The position numbers and the translations under genes are program-made. A model generated the notes under the pieces. The model saw only the letters and a program-made list of their open reading frames with translations, was not told the DNA's origin and made no database searches. This document shows positions 1 through 11,485 of a stretch of DNA of 64,000 bases, piece after piece. Position 1 is the stretch's first letter. Every line of letters starts with the position of its first letter. This stretch comes from Fimbriosthenelais zetlandica (taxonomy: Eukaryota): contig OZ365116.1 in NCBI GenBank assembly GCA_977030845.1, forward strand, positions 17,794,001 through 17,858,000, given 5' to 3'.

Positions 1-234
1 TAAATCTGTGAGGATGTACTACTGATGAACACTGTGCTTGGTAATAAAGTTTGATTTTGAATGGGAAAAATGAGCTGGAGTTTCTGATAAGTTTCATAAG
101 TAGCTACAGCATTAATTGGATCTTTCATAATGTAATTAATGCATAAGCAAATCCTGTTTTAGAAATGTACAGTGTCATGACGGGGCTCATACATTTTATT
201 AGGGCTGACAGGAGGGGAAAAAGATGATAATTAA

Positions 235-560
235 ATCAAGGTCTTGAGATGTCCATCTCTCTGACTTCATATCAAATTAGAAAAAACAACTCTCAAAGTG
301 TCGAGTAGAAAACGTGGCGCCGAATACCGAGGTTTTATGAAATCGACAATCGCACGTCCGATATTTTCACTCTGTTATCTGAGGGACGAAGACGCAAACA
401 TAATGAGTCGAACCACATATAATAATAAATAAACAGGCACGTCTTTATTTTTCTGCAAAACGAATTGGACATGAGTTTAATACTTCAAAGCCAATTTCCT
501 TAAAATTCTCAAATCAAAGTGTACTATAACCGTTGGATGTCGTTCAATGACCCCGTTTAA
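235..560. mobile_element. Possible fragment or end of a non-autonomous TTAA-flanked DNA transposon
   Basis: Locally CpG-rich block ending ...GGATGTCGTTCAATGACCCCGT-TTAA, reminiscent of termini of TTAA-target DNA transposons (Kolobok/piggyBac-like). No matching opposite TIR and no ORF seen. Confidence 0.2.
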
Positions 561-1449
561 TTAGGAATAGTGATTAATCAGATAAAATCGCACCTGAAAC
601 CCGAGTCTTTGAGCAAGAGTTTTTATCATTTGAAAAGCAAATCGAGTAAAATAAACTGATGCGAGAAAAAAACTAGGTACACAATTATTTTTTCTTTCTT
701 TAACAACTAGGCCTAAAAGTAAGCAGTGCAAAGATTCTTTAAATGGTACAAATTTGAACAAGGGTTTCAAATGACGTCATAAAATATTAAGACATCGATC
801 ATTTTGATATCTTATGTACTCTATAACTTCCCCCAGATTCCTCAAGGCCTGTGAAATTAGGCATGCAAAGGAGGATGGCATTCCTGCAGTAGGACCTCAC
901 GTGTGGCGTCTAGGGAAATGCTTCCCCTGGGATCTTCCGGCAGCAATGAGGGAACATGAAGCTGTGGGTCGATATCCGCTGGGTGTGGCGGGCCAAATGC
1001 CGTGTTTTACTCTGTTTACCTCAATGTATTTTGTGTCAAGGAGTCAATGGCTGCGCTGAGAGCAACAGAAAGAGAAAGCTAGGGCAGAGAAGAAGCGCGT
1101 AGCTAGTACAGATATAAACATGATGCATCTAATGTAGTTCGCTTGGTGGTGGTGGGTGGTGGATGGAAGATGCATGGTGTTTGCTTATTTCATGTTTTCC
1201 AAATTAGGTGGTACGGACTCAAAAACTGTAAAGTGAGCAAAAAAGAAATGAAAATAGAATGAAATAGCATAGATATAAATAATATCATAGCAAATTATAG
1301 TTCAATTAACATGAGTGATATGGATGGAGAATATGTTGTCAGTGGTACAGCAATTGTCTTTATGACTTTCCCTCTAATACAGAAAAAGGGGATTGATTTT
1401 GTATGCAATTTCATCATTTATTCCCTCTACAAAAAGTTGTCACAAATTC

Positions 1450-1455
1450 TTTATT
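1450..1455 (-). terminator. Candidate polyadenylation signal (AATAAA) of the knottin precursor gene
   Basis: AATAAA on the minus strand about 290 nt downstream of the stop codon; a second copy at 1422-1417. Confidence 0.4.
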
Positions 1456-1741
1456 CAATCCAATGAGCACATCACAACCATAAAGGTACCCCACCATGAT
1501 AAAAAGAAAATCCCTAGAATCCAAGAGGAAATGTAAAAAGAGAATGTAAAATCGTGAAATTATAATTACTTAATCAGGCAGAAAGATAAAGACGACGCGA
1601 GTAATCAAGACAATGACATTCATCCATGGAGAACCAAGAGAGATTTATCATAAGTGTTTGACTATTGCTCGTTTTCTCCCGTGATACCTGTCCACCTTGG
1701 ACACGAGCTTTATGTAAGGATCCATTGTATGTATTATGTGC

Positions 1742-2959
1742 TTACAGTCCATATGTATCAGGCAGACAGAGGCACTTCTCCACGCCCTTCAGACAGTAGC
1801 CTCCCAAGAAATTGGCGCATTTCATCCCGGGGCAGCAAGGGTCCCCGTAAGGGTCGCAGCCATTTCCTTGATAGCGACACTGAAATCAAGAAAAAATATC
1901 TTTACTGAAAAAAACACGAGTATACAGACCAAAGTACCACATATCATGGTCACCAATGCATATCAATAGGGCTAAGACCAGTATTTCTTTTTCTAATTTC
2001 CCCCCTTCCTTCCATCCTTTACATTTATCTTTCATTTTCCCCTTCTCTCTTTATCTCTTCTTCACTCCTGTACTCTCTTCCTCCCATTCTATCTCACTCT
2101 CAGTTCATTGTCACAGATGAAGCTCTACTGTGCCAGTAAATGAGCAGTAATATTAACATGGTCAGCTGGGCCAGGTATAAGATCATGTGTATTAGTGTGC
2201 TATGGCAGAGCTGGATCGTGAGTGGAATAATTTTCCCCTGGGCCTAAACATACAATAAGCGGGAAGAGGGGTAGGTAAGGGCACTGGGTGCTAAACTGGT
2301 TTTATATGATGTGCAGGCACTGTAAAAACTATAGCGCAATTTCCTGATCCAGTGCAATACAAGTAATACAGTGCAATACCAGCAATACAGTATTAATAGT
2401 ATAAATATCACCATGATGGCCGGGAAGAACTATCTCACACATCTTTATATATAGAAATAGTGGGTGAATCCACGAGGTTGAAGTTGCCCGCTCTGTGTCG
2501 GACTAGAGCAGGTCATGAGCTTGTCCAATCTGTACAGCCGAGCTGCTCTGTCTGCTCCTAATACTGACACGTGGTGGGATGAATGCGGACAATGTGGCAT
2601 GCCTCAAGTCTATCACTTATACCTTCCTACTAAATGACTCATCATCCCCATATCCCTCAATGTACAACTGTCTTACCTCACCTAATAATTGTCCATTGTA
2701 GGTTAACCCATTGCCTACCACCTCCATACCCATTATTTCACATTTATACTTATATCCATTTTACGCAGTGAGGCATGATGTGACCCCCAGTGCTATGAAC
2801 AGTTAAATTGATCACCTTGAGACCAAATGAACGTTTGATAAGGTCCTGCTGTTGCTGTTGTTGTTGAAGTTGTGCAGGTATGTTCCTGGCTCGGCAGGCC
2901 TGATGTGATAGGAGCAGGAGAAGTGAGAAAGCCATCAACATGTTCACCTTGGCAGACAT
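1742..2959 (-). CDS. Secreted cysteine-knot (ICK/knottin; agatoxin- or agouti-like framework) peptide precursor, 93 aa; coding exons 2959-2816 and 1879-1742
   Basis: Exon 2959-2816 (preceded by acceptor CTCTTTTAG|atcATG; donor AAG|GTGATC) encodes MSAKVNMLMAFSLLLLLSHQACRARNIPAQLQQQQQQQDLIKRSFGLK. It joins in phase 0 via acceptor TTTTCTTGATTTCAG to exon 1879-1742, CRYQGNGCDPYGDPCCPGMKCANFLGGYCLKGVEKCLCLPDTYGL*. Hydrophobic signal peptide, dibasic KR, 8 Cys spaced C-x6-C-x6-CC-x4-C-x7-C-x6-C-x-C. Minus-strand AATAAA at 1455-1450 and 1422-1417. Confidence 0.85.
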
Positions 2960-3289
2960 GATCTAAAAGAGAAAACAACAAATATAGATACACGATTATA
3001 AATTATATATAATTTATATGTAATTAAAGGCCTCACATACAGCCTTAATTCTCGAGAATATACAGAACTTATAGATTATTCATGGTATCATTGATTTAAA
3101 ACTCCTCCTGCAGCCACCATGCATGTCTTCAGCATCCCCTATTGAGCTATGACAGAAGCAATTAGTCTATCTATAAGAAAACAGGAAGGGCCTCAGTTAC
3201 AGACAGATGTTGTGGGGCTACGCAATTTGCGTGGAAGAATGCGAGCAGAGGAGAAAGATGTCAGACAGACATTGACAAGGTCTTCCATG

Positions 3290-3303
3290 GTTATCATGGC
3301 AAC
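3290..3303. promoter_or_regulatory. RFX X-box-like element upstream of the first coding exon of the knottin gene
   Basis: GTTATCATGGCAAC (reverse complement GTTGCCATGATAAC), one mismatch from the X-box consensus GTNRCC-N0-3-RGYAAC; about 330 bp upstream of the ATG. Confidence 0.4.
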
Positions 3304-6300
3304 GGCTGATCAGGTCCCGGATGGCATGTCGCTCCATGGTGCATATTTACCAAAACCGAGAGGAAGCTTATTACTTATACAATATATTTTAGTTGTTTGG
3401 GCGTGAATGTGTGGACATTATTCATATAAATATTTAATGAGAACTAGTATCTTGTGTCTTCTTTAAGAATTTAAAATTTCTGTGGCTCAATTCTTTAAAG
3501 TCCTACGGAATAGAAGACAGTTGTTGCTGCTAAACTTTAGTGGTCCAACCTTTTCACCTGTTTCTTTGCTTGGGGTGAATTGCTTAGCATATTATGGTAG
3601 ATTTATGAGTAGTTTAGATCTATGTTTGCGAAGCCTTCAGGCTGAAGTATAACGTGGCCCTGGACACAATACTTGACAAATATGTGCACATTGTTGTGAA
3701 GCTGCAGGAGCTCAAATGTAATGGCCAAGTGATACGACAAAGTCTGTCTACAGTCAAGGGGCGTCCTCCAGAAATTGTACAGGCAAAACTGACTCTCAAT
3801 GAAAAAGATGAGATTTAAAAAGAGAAAAGACTGTAAAATATCAAAGCAAACACTCATTAGTAGGCGTTTGTAGAAGGAATTATCAAGAAAGAGCTAGAAT
3901 ACTCAGTAGATGTGAGATGTAAAGGTCCACTGTCAGCATTGCATTAGATTAGTGCTGCGTCTACAGAACTCATCCCCAACAGGAGGTATTTACTTACTTT
4001 CAGCTAACAAAAGGGAAATCACATAAAACACGATCTTCACATTAGTAGAGCATACTGCAGAAAACATATACTGACAGAATGCATGTATACAGGACAAGGG
4101 AAAAGACAAGGAGAGACATAGGTGAAAAGGGACAGATTCAGACCTGCATTGTGGCTCATGTGAGATTTATGCGCACATCCCACACACCAAATTAACACTT
4201 GTATGTAGATGCATTTAACTTCAGCATTTACCACTTTCCCAATGAAATAAGAAATAGACAAAAATGCAACAAACATTGTTGTGAATGGTAAACCGGAAAT
4301 ACCATTGCATTGCATTGCCAGACACAAATCATTGAAGTTAATGGATATTTATGGCCCACCATTCCGTTCTGCTTGCATAACAATTGTTCTGGAACGGTAC
4401 CATTGCTAATCCCTGTGCCCCGATGTCCCAGCCAACCCATTTCCATTCATCTATAGGGGTCTCATCCATGATCTATTGTAATGCCCTAGCAGAGACCTGT
4501 CTCAATAAATCACAACACGCAGGTCTCAAGATTAAAGTGTCAGGATCTTTGTTTAATGAACACTTCCAGCTGGTACTGATGTATAATTGCAGTATTTGCA
4601 ATATATTCAAATGTGAGAATCGTGATTCATTCAGGATGCAAATAAAACAACTCATCAGAATCAGTTAAAATTAGAGCAGAGCTGCTTGCACGACCAGAGA
4701 ATGTATCTTTACAAATAGAAATAAAGTACTTGACGAGCTTTTGTGCACTTTGAAGAAGCCACCAGAAGTAAGGTGGCAACTACCGGAAGTGGGCTTGGCC
4801 AATGATTTGGCAGCCATCAGTCTGAGAAGGAGGAGGCCGGCACCTGGGGATCAATGCCAATTACAGAAGTTGGTGGCTCCTAATAAAGACTGGCAAATTG
4901 CCTGTCTATTGAATTAACACTCCACTTATCTCTTTGCTAGGCCATGTTAAAGCACTTCCCTTCCTGGCGTGCAAATAATAGTCTTACATGAGGGAACTGC
5001 TTCTTCTTCACACAAGTGAAAGTATAATATACACTCTTCACAATCAAGTATACCAGCGATGAGTTTCATAATCCAATATCTGTCATGAAATGGACATAGA
5101 ATTATTAAGATACCTAAATTGCCAAAGAAAAAACCCTCTTACAAACAAAGCACTTGTTGGCGTTTCACAGCCAGGCATGTAAGGCAGTGTGGACGATTGA
5201 TCTTGCTTTATCCCGAGTTTGAAGTCCTAACTTATTAATCTTCAATCAGTGCATTTTACAACAGCCGGATGGGATTAAACAGTAATGCCTAATTGAAAGC
5301 TAAATGGATGCAATTATGATTGCTTTGGCTGCTCTTTTTATCAAGCACTTCCAATATCAAGCATCTGTTGAGAACGGCAAGCGCAGGAGAGCTATCAGTT
5401 GGCAGATCTTCTGACAAAGTGTAAATTGGTTACTGTGTCCTAATGAAAAAATATGGAGGCTGACTCTCCTGCTTTGATATCAGATGGAACCAAAATGTGT
5501 TCATGATAAATTCTGGATCGTTTGGATCAAAAGCCGAATATGGGTAATTCAATAATTCCAATGATAGAGTAGAAGCTAGGTATCTGTCAAATAGTGCTGA
5601 ACTGTGACTCAAACATAGAGTCAGACCAGACACTCTGATATCCTGTTCATCTCCATGAACTTACTGGAGGTTCAGAAGACATATAGACTAATAAACCCAT
5701 ATAGGTCCGGATGGTTTATTCCTATTTTGCCCACAAGGACTTCAGCAATATAGTTTTATTTGTCTGTAGGTATACCTGAGTAAGGACAAGCCTGTCCCAC
5801 TAACATTTGCAAGGATTGGAGGAAGCTCAGATTGCCTATGAGTTATCACTGGCAATCAATCCTATGATGTCGAGGATAATTGTCTGATAACAGTCAATTC
5901 GCTGCCTGTCACGTGGCCAATGTTTGCTGCAGTGACTGATCCTTGTTGGCACAATCACTTCCGGGTGATGGTGGGACAGGTTGCCCTCTCACTGGGAGTT
6001 ATCACTCATTCTCATGGTTTCAAACCAAACTTTCATTCTGTTTAGAGTCATAGGAATACTCAACAGAGAAGCTTGTACCTTGGTGTCTCTGTTTTTGAAG
6101 TACAGACAGTATAATCTGATATGAAACTGACGAATGCAAGCAAGAACTCATGGTTTTCTTAAAATTAGCATAGAGAGCCGTCTATGATGACAGGTAATGA
6201 ACGGGGCAATTCACACAAATGTGTCTCCTACAGAAGCCTGCCAGTGGCCAAGTGTTAATGATAACATTATCAAAGCTACTAAAAGACAAACACACCTGCT

Positions 6301-9300
6301 AATTCATTTTGTACCAAATGACATAAAATCCTTATTCTATTATAAAGTAGGACAGGATGGACCATAAGGTGTAAAATATTAATGGAATGTAAACCGGCCA
6401 ATGATGACTGGATACAACAGATGGAGCTTGGAAAACAGACCATACAAGCAAGTAATAATTGCCTTTGTGTAGGAAATGTTATCTAGAGTGTTTATTCAAT
6501 AAGATTTTTGTTGAGCTTGCATGATGGAGGAAGGAAAGAAATCTGCGTGTATCTGGGACGTGATGGAGAATAAAGGAAGCGAGGAAGACAGACCTCGACC
6601 ATAATGAGGAACTATTAACCCTGGCTGTGTCTGATGCTTTGTCAATATTGGTAAGGAACGTGTGGCTTCAGAGTTAGTAGATACAGGGTTAGTTTCTCTA
6701 CTGATGAGGTGAGATAAGATGGAGGCCAATGAAAGGTCAAATAAGGAGCAAATGAAGACAGAATACCAGAAGTAAATGTAGTGCTTAGGTCAGGGTATAC
6801 AGAAGTTTTCCAGTATCGTTAAATTATTCAAGGGACACAAGGGCATCTCAAGAGATACATCTCTTTGGCAGAATCATTCTCGTAGGGGCGTATATCATAC
6901 CCAAGGATTAATTCTATGCGGGTTATAGTTACATTTGTTCAAAAAGTGACGTACATAACAAATGAAGAAGGCAGCAATCACAAAGCGAAGGACATTCTGA
7001 AGGTGGGCCAGGTGTCTACATGTATGTGGTATTCTACAGAGACAGAATGTAATGTATAATTAGACCTGATGGGTTAATATTAAACTTAATGGGATGATCT
7101 GGCTAATGGGAGAGTGAGTAAGAGACATAATGGAAGGTGGGGCTAATCAAAGAAGACGTCATAGCCTCTGCAGCCTCCCTTTCAAGATTCAAATTCAAGA
7201 TGGACAGAACATAGTGACATAAGTATAGACAGTTACAACCATGTTATCATAGGCAATATACCCACAAATGATACATAGCGAATATAAGATTATTTAAGGC
7301 CTGTCCTCAGTAAAATTCAGATAATAAAGTGGACCGTGTGTGTGAAGCTGCAGCACCCTGTCCACCAGACACGAGGCCATGTTATACACAGTCGACTGAA
7401 CAGCCTCGCATGCCTGAATCACTTCTGATTAAAAACCAATCAAACATCAAAGGACTAACGCCGGTTCCACAAAAACCTGGCTGGGAAAAATACAGAGTGA
7501 AAAATGCTACAGCTCAAGGATACGTGAAGAAACCTTTTTCACCTGATTCAGCTCCATGTTCCATGCTTCTAAAATGAAGTGATTCCTCCCCCGGACCTGT
7601 CTGCAGTAGAAGTATGGGATGCATTGGGAACTCTGACCCATAAGTTCATTTGTATATCCCATGCGAATGACCACTGCATGAAGATGAAATCGTTTCATTG
7701 CCACAGGGCATTATAGGGAATTACCATAGGCATTACCGTGGACAATCTGCAGGCATAAATAATATAGGGTCGGCTTATGTGACCAGAATGGATCATAATG
7801 CCATTTTCTCATCAGTTTTAATCTCAAGCCTTTCTCCAACTCCCTTTAAAATCCTTATTAATTATCATCTAAATGCAAGTATGCCACACAGATATTTAAG
7901 GTAATTCTGGCACTGTTTATAACTGACCTCAATATAAATCAGGATTCTCTCATGGGACTGAAGTGCGCAGAGAGCCATGGCATATACACCCTCTGTGCAA
8001 TGAAAGGGATTGCCTACTGGACAAGGAAATGTGCGTTTTTTATGGACGCAGGTTATAGCAAGTAAGCAAATAAAACAAGTCCATCAGTCTTATTTTTAAT
8101 GGCCAAGACAGACCATTGGTGTGAAACGAAAGGACAGGTTGATATGAGAATAAAAGTGCATGGCACACCAAGCAATTTTTGCCAAAGCCGACCATCTCCC
8201 AAGGTTGCGATTAAATATTTTTATATGAAATGGGAAGACATCTGGCTGGAATAAAACACTTTGCCATTCTCATAAAAGTTGGTAGTTATAAAGAACAATT
8301 GCTTTTAGATTAGCAGGCAGGTTATGGCGTGAGCAATAGATTGCGTGTCAATCGTTTCACGTCTATAAGAACAGGAGCACACCATGACCACCTCTAAGAC
8401 AGTCACTTATTCCAGTTCATACCTCAGGAGAAACACGGGCTACAAGTGATGCTTTTTGTTAGGCTTCTGCGGGGATTTAAGGACCATTGCCCCTGACAGC
8501 CATCCCCGTGAAACAGCCAAACTACTTTTTCAATCCATGCGGAGGACAATAGGCAACTGCATGAGAGTCCCTCAGAAAGAAGTAGGTGTCATTTGGCAGA
8601 GACAGATCGCAATCAACTTAAGCTATCTGGGAGCCACTTAAAGACGAAGGAGCAACTCACAAGTAAATACCAGATATTTAAAGAGTATTTCCATACCGAC
8701 ACAGCAAATCAGGCCAGGCCAGGAGCTTCCCAATATATTTTAAATAATTCATGGGGATCCATGTCTGCCATTCGATCTAGGACTCCTCTAACCTCCAAGT
8801 CTATATTAAGTTTCTCATAAACCTTGATCACTTCTCAAAGATCAGAAGTTTGGTGGTAGTCGGTTTCAGATGATCGTATTGGTTTCGTTTGTGCATCCCC
8901 GACTCATTTTCTCAGGATGAGCCAGCAGTGAAATCTGATATTGGTATCAAGTTAGACATCCTTCACAGTGATGGGCTGGTGTTGGTGCCAAACTGTATCT
9001 TTTCTGAGCATTAATTTCAAACAATTTCTGCATATACCATCCATAATTAAGTATCATTTTAATCGCTGACTATTCTACGGCAACACGGGAACAAACTCAC
9101 CTACACATTACATATTCCATACTTCAAACTCTAGCAGGAATACAAGGCTACCCGTTTTCTTAGACTCGAGCCACAAATAAAAAAACGGTGGCCTTCTTTA
9201 CAAAGCAAACGTATAGTGCTCTTTCTAGATTTTGGTGAGCTTTTCATTTCCTGGCCAGGACAATGCGAACCCTGCCCCACTAGCAGCTCAACAACAATAT

Positions 9301-11485
9301 GCACCTCAGCGCTTTATCCCCAACCTGGAGGCACACCAACCCCTCACATCTGTCACCCTCCTAGTGGGCCCATAAAAACTGCCAAAGCCTAATTTCTCTT
9401 GCTGGACTTGTGTAATTTGCGAGGCCCTGGAGTGAAAGAAAATTGGGCTTTTAGTATGAGCATGCGTATGTTCCACCGCATTGCTTATCACGTGTTAACA
9501 TAGGCTAGCTGTGATTGGTTGGAATGTGAGCACATGGCCAGCTTTTAGCTGACGGTAATTATGAACAGGTAGAGGCATAGGGACATTGTTTTGCAGTGCA
9601 AGAGGGCACGTCTGATGGTCCCATGGGCACGCGTGCTTTGAGATGGCCCAGAGGCAATGGAAGCATCTCGTTAAGTAAGCAGTTAGTCGGCCCTAATGGG
9701 GCATTGCTTTCATCTAACAGGCATATATGTATATCTATTATACGTGATTATATTCAATCATCATGTGACCACAGGGCAAAATGAGCAAACCAATTTTGAG
9801 GCCAAACTGGAGAAAATCATTTCAGTTCATCACAATCTCTACACAAAGTAAATTATAAAATTATAATAACTTTCGCAAGGAAATGTTTGCAAAAAAAAAT
9901 TTGAGATGTATCCAATTTAAAGCAAAAAGAAATCAAAACATCTCACAGAAATATCATACACTTTTCATGGGTTCACTTAGCTTAAAGTCAGGGAAGATAA
10001 AAAGCAGTAGAAGTAGAAAGAGGCTAACTTTTTTCAGTAGACAGAACTACATTCAGGAAGCATTTCGTCAGTTCAAAGAGAAATGTATTTTAAAATTAAA
10101 AAGAAATATGTAACCTATACACTTACGTTCTGTTGACGAGAATTATCGATGGGAAATGATACTGCTTAAAGACAAAACTTGATGGGAGAAGATGCGAAAT
10201 TGTGTAGTGGATCTGATGATCTTGATTTTCAAAATGCAGTGCGCTCTTTCTCTCTTACTTGGGCTGCATAAAAGTATGCCTCGACGAAGAGCTCCTGTCG
10301 TTGGGTGAATTGCTGGACCACTCTCACAACTTGGCGCATGAGCAGGAAGCAGCCCATGGAGTCAGCCCTGACACCATTGGTGCACCAACTGCTCCTTTCT
10401 CAGTCCTCATTAACATATAATCTTGTTACTTGGATGCAATTTCAACTGTAAGAGCGGTCAAGGAGGCTTCCAACCAGGATCTGCAAGAGATCAATTTAAA
10501 CATCGCTAAACTACTATAGTTGCACGTTCTTCAGTGACTATACCAAATTTCACCAATCCTTGGACAACATATTTATATTTTGACCTATACTGAAACAGTT
10601 ATTTATAGGTATCATATAATCGAAGATTAACTTACCTAATGAGAGAGAAGACCGATGTAGAGAGAAGTGGCAGGGATGAGCAATGCTCAACCTGGACACA
10701 ACCATCTGAAATATTGCAAATTTCCCTCCAAAACAGATCGGCGCAAAAAGGACGTTTCGCCATCCGATATTTTATTCTATGTGAAGTGGACCACCAGATA
10801 GACCTAAAAACGCTCACGTAGGCCCATTAAAAGAAGTTGGCATGACAACATGTGCAGGCAATTTCCATCCAAAATTTTACCAGCACGACGCATAAGAAAC
10901 GTGAATTCGTAGGTACATTTTCACTCGCGAAACTAATCAGAGATAATGCTCATGACTGAAAATCAAATAAAATGGGCCTACTTCTGACTTCAATAATGAT
11001 TGGAGATAAGTAACACTTGAAAATGCTAGCTCCTCCAGAATATGCAGGGGGTAAAAAACTTCAACATGCTGATCTACATTCAATAAAGGTACCAGAGTAA
11101 GCTACATTCTTTTCCATCTCGAGTAAAAGTCCTGCCCAGATCCCATGGTGACTCTGGTTCCCCAATGACCTCGCTAGGTCTGCCATCTACCTGCCCTCAC
11201 CCATCTATCGTATACTCACTCACTCATCTCAATGACATAGATCAAGGCCTACTGATACATGCTCCTCAATTTATACTTCTCATCTTGTCTCATTTTCCAC
11301 ATAACAACATCATCTATAGCGTTGTATAATTATTAAATATTTCCTAACTGAAGGACGGTACTACAATAACACAGGGACTGAGGATGTATTCGACTCTATG
11401 GAGTATATACATCTACTACAGGCATTGGTGGGGTTGGAGAGTCTTGCTCGACACGTCTTTCCTAATGAATGCAGACTTAAACATG

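Noticed and set aside
5304-5414. 36-aa ORF with a hydrophobic start and GKRRR (neuropeptide-like)
   Set aside because: Hydrophobic stretch too short for a signal peptide, and no supporting promoter or splice context.
8400-8990. Protein-like minus-strand stretches (e.g. YEKLNIDLEVRGVLDRMADMDPHELFKIYW)
   Set aside because: Stops about every 20-35 codons and no family recognised; may be a decayed TE or pseudogene. Needs BLASTx.
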